Shown here in pieces: positions 9,408 to 17,770 of a stretch of DNA of 64,000 bases (the first letter of the stretch is position 1; each line of letters starts with the position of its first letter). Under the pieces are notes generated by a model. That model did not search any database and was not told the DNA's origin. It was given only the letters and a program-made list of their open reading frames with translations. The position numbers and the translations under genes are program-made. The stretch is taken from positions 1-64,000 of the IMG/VR virus record IMGVR_UViG_3300013212_000061, one strand, 5' to 3'. Source of the DNA: a virus. Lineage: Duplodnaviria; Caudoviricetes.

Positions 9408-9452
9408 AATCCTGACAAAATTGTTAATAACTTTTTTAGTCAGGATTTTTTT
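9408..9452 (+). terminator. Intrinsic terminator
   Basis: AATCCTGAC...GTCAGGATT + T run. Confidence 0.65.
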
Positions 9453-9502
9453 ATGTCGATTTTTTGTATTATATTTACATATCTAATTTAAACAAACATA
9501 TT

Positions 9503-9727
9503 ATGACTTCAATTTCAACACAAGAACGTTACAATCAAATTATGAATAACCAAACATACTTGACCCAAGAAGAGTATGATTTTTGTTTTAATATTAACCC
9601 ATCAGAAGTTCGCACATCGACTTCATATATTGGAGATTATTCAAAATATGGAGCTTACTTAAACTGTAATGTTTATAGTGAGCATGACCATGAAAAACGT
9701 CAGTTTGAAATGGAAACTGGTTGTTAA
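9503..9727 (+). CDS. Small hypothetical protein, early-type
   Basis: ATG 9503 downstream of class A promoter 9454-9479. Confidence 0.55.
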   Translation: MTSISTQERYNQIMNNQTYLTQEEYDFCFNINPSEVRTSTSYIGDYSKYGAYLNCNVYSEHDHEKRQFEMETGC

Positions 9728-9781
9728 TAAGTGCATAAAAAACAAAACCAATATATAACATATAATAACTAAACACAATTT

Positions 9782-9829
9782 ATGAATATTTTAGATGAAG
9801 CAAGCGGAATTGTAAATAACCGCTCATAA
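9782..9829 (+). pseudogene. Orphaned 5' fragment of the DUF6378-like gene
   Basis: MNILDEASGIVNNRS* matches MKNILEEANDIVNNRSEE at 10583. Confidence 0.7.
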
Positions 9830-9834
9830 TTTTT

Positions 9835-9936
9835 AAAGGTCCCTTTTACATAGATATTTATTTAGTTTGGTCGCTAAAATGATCTTCTTAAGGGACCTTT
9901 TATTTAGATGATATATAGTATGACCAACTAAATAAA
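9835..9936 (+). promoter_or_regulatory. Hairpin / anti-leader / late promoter control element of homing endonuclease 1
   Basis: AAAGGTCCCTT/AAGGGACCTTT stem; loop 9857-9872 complementary to 9922-9936; GATATATAG 9910-9918. Confidence 0.6.
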
Positions 9937-9946
9937 ATTATATCAT

Positions 9947-10533
9947 ATGTACATCTATAAGATAACTAACCTCATCAATAACAAAATCTATATTGGTCTA
10001 TCTACAAAATCAGTAGAAGAATCAACCAAATACTACGGTTCCGGTATATTAATTAAAGAAGCTATCCAAAAATATGGCAAAGAAAACTTTACTAAAGAGA
10101 TTATTGAAAACCATATAGAGAATTTCGATACTCTTAAAGTTAGAGAAATCTATTGGATAGAGTATTTTAAATCATATGCATCTTATGATAATTATAACCT
10201 AACACTAGGCGGAGATGGCTCACTAGGATTAAGTCCAACTAAATTTACTAAAAATAAAATATCTAAAACTTTAAAAGGATATATCCATTCAAAAGAAACT
10301 AAAGAAAAAATGTCTAATTCTGGAAAAGGTAGACAATTCTCAGAAGAAACCAAAGATAAATTATCTAAATCAAATAAAGGTCAAAAAGATCAGAAAAAAC
10401 AAAAGAAAATATATCAAAATCTTTAAAAGGAGTACCAAATCCTAAAAAGAACGTTCAATGCACTTTTTGCAACAAAATCGGAGCAAGTAATAACATGAAT
10501 AGGTATCATTTTAATAATTGTAAAAATAAATAA
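9947..10533 (+). mobile_element. GIY-YIG (Seg-like) homing endonuclease with NUMOD3 repeats; frameshifted before the C-terminal Cys/His finger
   Basis: YIYKITN...KIYIG, HSKETKEKMS repeats. ORF stops at 10426 but another frame continues KRSEKTKENIS...CTFCNKIG...RYHFNNCKNK* to 10533. Confidence 0.8.
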
Positions 10534-10582
10534 AATTAAACTATTATAATATCCTACATATAAAAATAAAAATAATAAATTT

Positions 10583-10879
10583 ATGAAAAACATTTTAGAA
10601 GAAGCAAACGATATCGTTAATAATCGATCAGAAGAGGCAGATAGACAGTACGGAGAATTCTCAGAAGGCATGGACCGAGCTGCAATGATTTTTAAAGGTA
10701 TGACCGGACTTGAAGTTACTGGCGAACACATGTTTAAAGCACTAGTTGCACTTAAATTCTCGAGAGAATCATACAATCACAAGCGTGATAACTTATTAGA
10801 TGCAGTTGCATATATCCAAGGATTAGACAATTACATCGAAGAAAACAAGAATGATATAGATGATGCTTTCAATGGTTAA
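10583..10879 (+). CDS. DUF6378-like all-alpha (MazG-like) nucleotide pyrophosphohydrolase-type protein
   Basis: ILEEA..IV..R...YG.F...ALKFSRE...HKRDNLLDAVAY. Confidence 0.6.
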   Translation: MKNILEEANDIVNNRSEEADRQYGEFSEGMDRAAMIFKGMTGLEVTGEHMFKALVALKFSRESYNHKRDNLLDAVAYIQGLDNYIEENKNDIDDAFNG

Positions 10880-11921
10880 TATTTACGAAGTTTTAGAATC
10901 ATTAAAGGGCAAGAAAATTGCAATTGATGATGTTGTAACTACTTATAGCTCAAAGAAGGCCTCTCATAAAAGTGCATGGGCCTTCTTATTAGCTAATCAA
11001 TTGAGGTCTCTAGGATTAGAAGTTGAAGTACTTACAAAGTCAGAAGATATTCACCAATATGATATCTGGCTAGTAGCGCTTCCAATGGAATTCCAAGGTT
11101 CTTATAATCTATTTGGTGGAGCTACTGATGAACCGGCAGAGAGAATTAAAAGATTCTTAGATTTTAGTGGAACTATATATTGTTTGAATCGAGAAATGCC
11201 AAATGTTGGCCAATTTGCCCAAAGTCGAATGAAATCATGCTCCCCTCTATGGGCATCTCTTAATACAGCAGAGCTTACCAAAAGAAGTTTAGAAACCCAA
11301 ACAATTGAATTAAAATTAGATTCAAAAACATTTGTATTGGGAGATTCTCATTCAGTTTCAGTGTACCATCCTGGTGCAAATATCAGCAGAAATGATGGTA
11401 AAACCTTATTTGGTGTTATGAAAGAAGGAATGGCCTCATATATTCCTGAAGGAACTGAGCATTTGATTACTTACTTTGGAAACATCGACGTTAGGCATCA
11501 CCTATGTCGACAAGAAAAACCTGTCGATGCTGTTAAATCTCTAGTAACAAATTACTTTGAGCACCTTAAATCTCTAGGTATTAAAAAGAATTCGATTGTA
11601 AAATTATTGCCAATCGAATTTGAAGGTCGTAGAATTCCAAAAACCGGGTACTACAAAAATACTCCATTTATAGGAACTCAACGAGAACGGACTCAATTGA
11701 TGGAGATATTTAATGAAGAGGTTGACAAACTCTCGGCTATATATAATATGAACGTAATCGAATGGCCAATTCACTGGTACTCAGCAGACCCACAATATTT
11801 TGCCGATACTTACATGGAAAAGCCAGGTTCTGTTCACCTATCTAGAGAGTTTTACCAATATGATTTCGAGACGTCCGAAAAAAATGTTGTCCTAAAGAAG
11901 ACTATCAATACTCTTTTTTGA
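10872..11921 (+). CDS. SGNH/GDSL-like hydrolase/acyltransferase-fold protein
   Basis: LGDSH, DGKTL, FGNIDVRHH, SVHLS; ATG 10872 overlaps the upstream stop. Confidence 0.5.
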   Translation: MVNIYEVLESLKGKKIAIDDVVTTYSSKKASHKSAWAFLLANQLRSLGLEVEVLTKSEDIHQYDIWLVALPMEFQGSYNLFGGATDEPAERIKRFLDFSGTIYCLNREMPNVGQFAQSRMKSCSPLWASLNTAELTKRSLETQTIELKLDSKTFVLGDSHSVSVYHPGANISRNDGKTLFGVMKEGMASYIPEGTEHLITYFGNIDVRHHLCRQEKPVDAVKSLVTNYFEHLKSLGIKKNSIVKLLPIEFEGRRIPKTGYYKNTPFIGTQRERTQLMEIFNEEVDKLSAIYNMNVIEWPIHWYSADPQYFADTYMEKPGSVHLSREFYQYDFETSEKNVVLKKTINTLF

Positions 11922-11971
11922 AACTTTTTAAATAAAACAAGTATAAAAATTATAAATTAAATTTTAAAAAA

Positions 11972-13159
11972 ATGAACAAAATTAAAGTAGGAATTATTGG
12001 AACTGGAAATTGCGCTAAATCTTTGGTTGAAGGTGTACAATATTACACAGAAAATCCAAATGATATTACCGGAATGATGAAGTCCGATATTGGAGGTTAC
12101 AAAGCAGAAAATATTGAATTTGTATGCGCCTTTGAAATTGATGAACGTAAAGTCAATCAAACATTAGGATATGCCTTAAAACAAAAACCAAACTGTGCTT
12201 ATGACATTGTTAATGTTATTACAAGCAAAGCACCGGTTTATGAATCACCTGTTATTGATGGTTATGCAGCTCTTATGGATAACTATCCAGAGCAAAATCG
12301 TTTCTTAGTTGACGAAAAACTAAGAAATTCTACAGACATGAATCGTACAGACTGGACACCAAAAAAATCACGCGAATGGAAGGACATTATTATTGCTAAA
12401 TTAAAAGACCATGGTGTTGAAGTACTTATTAATTACTTACCAGTAGGTTCTCAAAAAACAACTGAATTCTGGGCTGAAATTTGTCTTGAAACAGGAATCT
12501 CTTTAGTGAACTGTATTCCAGTTTTTATTGCATCTGATCCGGCTTGGGAGCAGCGATTTATCGATGCTGGAATTCCATTAATTGGCGATGATATGCGTTC
12601 TCAATTTGGAGCAAGTATTCTTTCTCAAATGCTACAAGAACTTGCCTTTGAAAGAGGACATCATGTAAAAGCACACATCCAAAGAAACGTTGGAGGTAAC
12701 ACAGACTTCTTGAACATGGAAGACAAATCTCGTCTAGCATCTAAAAAGATTTCTAAAGAAAACGTTATTCGTGCCCAAAACGAAATTCGTGGAATCTCAA
12801 CTGAAGATTCATTCTTACACGCAGGTCCTTCTGAATATATCGCATTCTATGGCGATAATAAAGTTGCTAACTTCCGTTTAGAACTTACAGGATTCGGTGG
12901 AGCACCAGTTCTTTTTGATGCTCAATTAAGTGTACAAGACTCTCCAAACTCTGCAGGAGTTGTAATCGACGCAGTTCGTTACTTAAGAGTTGCAAGAGAA
13001 TTAGGAGTTGTAGGAGCCTTAAGAGGTCCTTCAGCATTTACACAAAAAACCCCACCAGACCAAATGATGTTTGCTGATGCTGTTTATGAATGTACTGAAT
13101 TGGCTGCAAGACGCCTAACAGATTCTACAAGAAAACAGTTAGTTGCTAAAACAAAATAA
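11972..13159 (+). CDS. ino1: myo-inositol-1-phosphate synthase
   Basis: GIIGTGNCAKSLVEG, NYLPVGS, GDDMRSQFGA, NVGGNTDFLNM, SKKISK, GPSEY, DSPNSAGVVIDAVR. Confidence 0.92.
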   Translation: MNKIKVGIIGTGNCAKSLVEGVQYYTENPNDITGMMKSDIGGYKAENIEFVCAFEIDERKVNQTLGYALKQKPNCAYDIVNVITSKAPVYESPVIDGYAALMDNYPEQNRFLVDEKLRNSTDMNRTDWTPKKSREWKDIIIAKLKDHGVEVLINYLPVGSQKTTEFWAEICLETGISLVNCIPVFIASDPAWEQRFIDAGIPLIGDDMRSQFGASILSQMLQELAFERGHHVKAHIQRNVGGNTDFLNMEDKSRLASKKISKENVIRAQNEIRGISTEDSFLHAGPSEYIAFYGDNKVANFRLELTGFGGAPVLFDAQLSVQDSPNSAGVVIDAVRYLRVARELGVVGALRGPSAFTQKTPPDQMMFADAVYECTELAARRLTDSTRKQLVAKTK

Positions 13160-13180
13160 GTCTAACAATTTAATTAACCT

Positions 13181-13210
13181 AAAGGGAGAGAAATAACTCT
13201 CCCTTTTTTT
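13181..13210 (+). terminator. Intrinsic terminator/attenuator
   Basis: AAAGGGAGAG/CTCTCCCTTT + T run. Confidence 0.7.
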
Positions 13211-13225
13211 ATCAAAACTTTAAGC

Positions 13226-13624
13226 ATGTTAAATATTTTTAAAACAAAACAACCAAGCGATATCTACGGATATGATTTTGACGGAGTGGTATCAATTGGA
13301 ATAACTCCAAGAGCCACCACTGATTTTATTATCACTGGAAGATGCATTGATGAAAAGGACGAAGTTCGTGCAATCCTTAAAGAGAGAGGAATTAAATGCA
13401 AGGTCTATTTTAATCCAATGACTCTTGAAGAACGTGGAAACCACACAGTTGCTGCAAGAAGACATTCTGGACATCACAAAGCCCATACAATTAATCGTTT
13501 AAAAGGTGAAGGAGTTATTGTTTCTCGTTTTTTCGAAGATGACCCAATACAATATCAAATCCTTCAGGAAAATTGTCCTGACGTCGAATTGGTTAACATT
13601 GTGTCAAAATTAGTACAAAAATAA
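13226..13624 (+). CDS. Capless HAD-superfamily phosphatase
   Basis: DFDGV (motif I), ITGR (II), HK (III), FFEDD (IV). Confidence 0.8.
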   Translation: MLNIFKTKQPSDIYGYDFDGVVSIGITPRATTDFIITGRCIDEKDEVRAILKERGIKCKVYFNPMTLEERGNHTVAARRHSGHHKAHTINRLKGEGVIVSRFFEDDPIQYQILQENCPDVELVNIVSKLVQK

Positions 13625-13632
13625 AATACAAA

Positions 13633-14820
13633 ATGACTTCAAATAAACAACTGCTTGAGATGGATTCTCAGGCACTGTTGGATTTAATACCAGCAGAAAA
13701 AAAGCAGCTTATTCGAGATTTTATTCATGAAATGAATCGAAGAGAATATGAGGTTCGTTTTGCAAAAACATGTACCTTTGATACCTTTAGACATCGAGAA
13801 GGTACTGGAGAGGACATCTTTGGCCATGGATTTATAGTAGAGGGACGTTCAGTTCCATACTTCCATCCAAATCGTTCGTTTCATGATGAGATTATTTGGT
13901 TAAATGAAAATGTGTTCTACAATCCAGAATGTACGTTTGAAGACCGTCTAATTAATGCAGCGATTGTAAAGTTCTATGGACCGTCAAACACAATTAGTCT
14001 ATTAACGCATGACACTGGATTTCCATTTGTCAAATATGACCGACTTGTTAATGATGAGAAATATGTTCTACAGTGCATGGTTAATATGGAAAATGCCAGA
14101 AGACGTGGAGAAAAGATTTACGGCACTACAGAATTACGAACAAGTCTTCAAACTGAATCGAGAAACCATGCAAGGGTTCTTAAAACTCCTTATGATGTAT
14201 TAATTGGTGCCGAACCGGATCCAACTAGACAGAGCCGAACAAGTGATATGTTTTTTTGGTTTACTCTATTGGGCCCACGTTTTGCAGAATTTTATGCTAA
14301 AAAGCCGACAATGGAAGAGTCGTTTGATTTCTTAACATCTCATCGAGGAATTGGAAACTATTATGGGTACCATTTTAGCACTAACCTTGCCCGAATGCCA
14401 GAAATCGGTACTCCTGACTTATTAAGACCAAATAGTCTATCCGGAAATCTTAACGAAGACGATGACTTTGTTGCACCTGGAGTTGGAGCGATGACCACAA
14501 TCAACTGGTTCTATGAAGACTTAGGTTTTTCAATTTCATCAGACGTTGGAGCTAAAGTAATCAGACAAATCCGGGACACTCAGCACGAATTCTTTGATTT
14601 TACTGGAGAGAACCTTGACTATTTAGAAACAATCACAGAGACCGGAAGGTTTACAACCTTTGGTACTGAAATTAGTTGTTGTCAATTTGGTGTATTTTTA
14701 AGATTGAGAGATAGTAAAAAGATGGCCTTAAACCGTGCAAATGCTCCAATTTCAAAAGAACAAATTGGCGAATCTTGTGAGATTGAAGCTCCATCATTTA
14801 AAAGTTCATGTTTATTTTAA
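13633..14820 (+). CDS. aGPT-Pplase1/5-hmdU-associated helical (HhH-glycosylase-like) DNA base transferase homolog
   Basis: YFHPNRSFHDEIIWL, GIGNYYGYHF, EDDDFVAPGVGA, EISCCQFGVFLR resemble the family pattern F.NV.R..D / G.G.F.AY / END.F...GPGA / E..LCEF.KY.R. Confidence 0.55.
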   Translation: MTSNKQLLEMDSQALLDLIPAEKKQLIRDFIHEMNRREYEVRFAKTCTFDTFRHREGTGEDIFGHGFIVEGRSVPYFHPNRSFHDEIIWLNENVFYNPECTFEDRLINAAIVKFYGPSNTISLLTHDTGFPFVKYDRLVNDEKYVLQCMVNMENARRRGEKIYGTTELRTSLQTESRNHARVLKTPYDVLIGAEPDPTRQSRTSDMFFWFTLLGPRFAEFYAKKPTMEESFDFLTSHRGIGNYYGYHFSTNLARMPEIGTPDLLRPNSLSGNLNEDDDFVAPGVGAMTTINWFYEDLGFSISSDVGAKVIRQIRDTQHEFFDFTGENLDYLETITETGRFTTFGTEISCCQFGVFLRLRDSKKMALNRANAPISKEQIGESCEIEAPSFKSSCLF

Positions 14821-14862
14821 ACAAGTTCAAAATTACCTATAAAACTATTATATAAAAAACTT

Positions 14863-15330
14863 ATGGCAAATATAGACAATCAATGTAAAGACCTGGAAGT
14901 TAATGACTTCTATTCAGATTCGACCACTCACTTGGCGGATATCATGGAAAACCAAAAGAAAATGCAAGAGCAAACTTACGGTTTTAATTTCGAAAACATG
15001 ACACTTAGAGAGATTATGAACTTTTGGCATGTCAACACTCATGCTGTTATTGATGAAATTCATGAAATGACCGATGCCCTTGGAGGTATTAAAGATGGCA
15101 GTGGAAATGCAGTTTGGAAATACTGGAAAAAAGACTTTTCAAAATATGAAACCATGAAAATCAGCGACCTATCAGAAGGTGATAAAAAGGAATTGTATAT
15201 GGAATGGGTTGACATAATGCACTTCTTTATAAATTATGCAGCATCTATTGGATTAGACGCGAAAACAGCCTACAATTATTACTTTGCGAAAGCAGAAGCA
15301 AATGTTCAACGTCAGAAAAATAACTATTAA
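14863..15330 (+). CDS. gp56-like all-alpha dCTPase/dUTPase
   Basis: DEIHEMTDALGG, AVWKYWK, EWVDIMHFF, K...NVQRQKNNY. Confidence 0.8.
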   Translation: MANIDNQCKDLEVNDFYSDSTTHLADIMENQKKMQEQTYGFNFENMTLREIMNFWHVNTHAVIDEIHEMTDALGGIKDGSGNAVWKYWKKDFSKYETMKISDLSEGDKKELYMEWVDIMHFFINYAASIGLDAKTAYNYYFAKAEANVQRQKNNY

Positions 15331-16727
15331 TGATACTCGACATCGAACAGCGTGAAAAAGATGTTATCATTTCATACTACAATGACAAGGGAGAAGTAGC
15401 ATTCAAACAATACCCAGTGGATAAATTCCAAAATTGGTATGTTTGTGATGACAAAGACAAAGCGGCCAGTCCAGACTATAAAAACTGGGATGGCCGCCCT
15501 GTTAAACTAGGATATGGAAAACAATTCAATAAGTTTTCTATTCTTTATTTTTTAGATAATCTTTCAGAGAAGGACAAAAAAGACCTAACAGCATATAATA
15601 TGCCAAAAACCTATTTTGTCGATATTGAAACTGAAATTGTTGACGGCTTTCCAAAAGCCGAAGAGGCCAAAAGTAGAATTCTTTCATTCTCAATAATTAC
15701 TCCAGACCGTAAAGCAATCGTGCTTGGACTGGAAGATATGGCTTCAGATAAAATCCAAAAGATTCAAGATGATACTAATGAGTATTTCAAAGACTTTGAC
15801 CAGGACTGGGAATTTAAGTACCATAAGTTCAAGTCTGAGTACGACATGGTTTACACATTCTTAATGAAATTCTTACCAAAGTTTCCAATGATGACTGGGT
15901 GGAATTTTATCAACTATGACTGGCAATATATTGTTAATCGTTGTAAAAGACTTCAAATTGATATTAAAGAAGTTGGTATGACAAATTCAATCGATCATAC
16001 TGATGGTCGACCTCTTCATATCGGAATTCTTGACTACATGCAATTGTATGACAAATATGACCGAACGGTAAAAGTTAAAGAATCCAACTCATTAGATTAT
16101 GTTTCTAGTCAAGTTTTGAATGTTAACAAAATCAAGTTCACTGGTTCACTACAGGACTTATACCGTGATAACTTTGTTAAGTACATATATTATAACGTTG
16201 TCGATTCAGTGCTTGTGTATTACATTGACCAGAAGTTGAAGTCGATGGAGGTACTATTAACACTGGCAAATATTACAAATATGCCCTTATATAAAGCAAG
16301 TTCTCCAGTGGCAGTTACTGAATCTATTATGGCCAGAAAATTGGCTGAGCAAGGAATGCGAATTGGAAGTGAAGAGAAATCTGATAGTCAAAAAGATGGC
16401 CAATACGCTGGAGCATTCGTAAAAGAACCAATCTTAGGATTCTATGAAGGTGTAAGTGCATTCGATTTTGCTTCACTGTATCCTTCGATCATGAGACAAT
16501 TCAATATATCTCCAGATGCATACATCGAAAAGATTTATAAGAGTGAAATTGATGAACGTAGAAAGAACAAAGAGGTTATAGTTTGTGATAATGGTGTAGT
16601 TTACAAAACTGAAGATTCAATCTTAAGAAAGATATTAAGTGACCTATATGCACAGCGTAAAGATTATAAAAAAACTTCTTATGAATACTTCACAAAAGCT
16701 GACCGGTTGAAAAAACTGCTCCAATAA
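15330..16727 (+). CDS. gp43A: Family B DNA polymerase, N-terminal subunit (3'-5' exonuclease + motif A)
   Basis: DIETE, GWNFINYDW, YNVVD, FDFASLYPSI; ends after the first finger helix QRKDYKK. Confidence 0.88.
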   Translation: MILDIEQREKDVIISYYNDKGEVAFKQYPVDKFQNWYVCDDKDKAASPDYKNWDGRPVKLGYGKQFNKFSILYFLDNLSEKDKKDLTAYNMPKTYFVDIETEIVDGFPKAEEAKSRILSFSIITPDRKAIVLGLEDMASDKIQKIQDDTNEYFKDFDQDWEFKYHKFKSEYDMVYTFLMKFLPKFPMMTGWNFINYDWQYIVNRCKRLQIDIKEVGMTNSIDHTDGRPLHIGILDYMQLYDKYDRTVKVKESNSLDYVSSQVLNVNKIKFTGSLQDLYRDNFVKYIYYNVVDSVLVYYIDQKLKSMEVLLTLANITNMPLYKASSPVAVTESIMARKLAEQGMRIGSEEKSDSQKDGQYAGAFVKEPILGFYEGVSAFDFASLYPSIMRQFNISPDAYIEKIYKSEIDERRKNKEVIVCDNGVVYKTEDSILRKILSDLYAQRKDYKKTSYEYFTKADRLKKLLQ

Positions 16728-16771
16728 CATGTATATATATAAACCGCGAAACTTAAAAAAATAATTACTAA

Positions 16772-17749
16772 ATGAGCAATATCTTTGAAAAAAGGGTAAA
16801 CATTTTACCCTACGAATACCCATCCCTATTAGCATACAAAGACGCAATCCGCCATTCATACTGGATTCACACAGAATTTAACTTTACAACAGATATTGAT
16901 GACTTTATGACTAAAGTAACTGAATCAGAGCGTGAAGTAATTAAAAGATCGATGCTTGCAATCGCACAAATCGAGGTTAACGTTAAAACATTTTGGGCAG
17001 ATCTTTATAAAAGAATGCCAATCACTGAAATTGGAGATGTTGGAATGACATTTGCCGAAAGTGAAGTGCGACACAAAGATGCTTACGCACAATTATTAAG
17101 AGTCCTAGGATTAGAAGACGAATTCCAACATGTAGTAGAAATTCCAGCAATTAAAGATAGAATTGCATACTTAAGTAAGTATTTGGATGGTACAAGAAGT
17201 AAGGACAATAAAATGTATACGAAATCCGTACTGTTATTTTCATTGTTTATAGAACATGTTAGTCTATTTAGCCAATTCTTTATTATGATGTCCTTTAACA
17301 AAGAGAAAAACCTTTTTAAAGGTATTTCAAATGTAGTTGAAGCGACAAGTAAAGAGGAGGAAATCCACGGTAACTTCGGATCTGAATTGATTAACATTAT
17401 TAAGAGAGAGAATCCAGAATGGTTTGATGAGGAATTCGAACAACTTATAGATTCTGCCTGTAAAAAAGCGTACCTAGCAGAGGTTAAAATTCTTGATTGG
17501 ATTTTTGAAAAGGGTGAACTTGATTTCCTATCAAAGGAGACTATTAAACAATTTATCCAAAACCGTTTTAATAATTCCCTACAAAGAATTGGAATGAAAC
17601 CTGTATTTGATGTTGATTTTACAGAAATTGAAAAGTCCCTATGGTTTGACGTTGAGATTCTTTCAACTAAAGAGGGAGACTTTTTTTACAAGAAGCAAAT
17701 CGATTATTTTAAGAAAGGTAAGTCAATAACTGAAGACGATTTATTTTAA
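16772..17749 (+). CDS. nrdB: Class I ribonucleotide reductase beta subunit
   Basis: ESEVRHKDAY, IEHVSLFSQF, EEEIHG, DFF. Confidence 0.9.
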   Translation: MSNIFEKRVNILPYEYPSLLAYKDAIRHSYWIHTEFNFTTDIDDFMTKVTESEREVIKRSMLAIAQIEVNVKTFWADLYKRMPITEIGDVGMTFAESEVRHKDAYAQLLRVLGLEDEFQHVVEIPAIKDRIAYLSKYLDGTRSKDNKMYTKSVLLFSLFIEHVSLFSQFFIMMSFNKEKNLFKGISNVVEATSKEEEIHGNFGSELINIIKRENPEWFDEEFEQLIDSACKKAYLAEVKILDWIFEKGELDFLSKETIKQFIQNRFNNSLQRIGMKPVFDVDFTEIEKSLWFDVEILSTKEGDFFYKKQIDYFKKGKSITEDDLF

Positions 17750-17770
17750 AATTTAAAAACAAAGAACAAA

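Noticed and set aside
10423-10776. Minus-strand 117-aa ORF and similar antisense ORFs elsewhere (e.g. 17083, 42290, 45576, 63199)
   Set aside because: They overlap well-supported plus-strand genes and lack motifs or promoters
14818-14842. Class B promoter before the dCTPase gene
   Set aside because: Spacer is 15 nt rather than 17, so it was not counted
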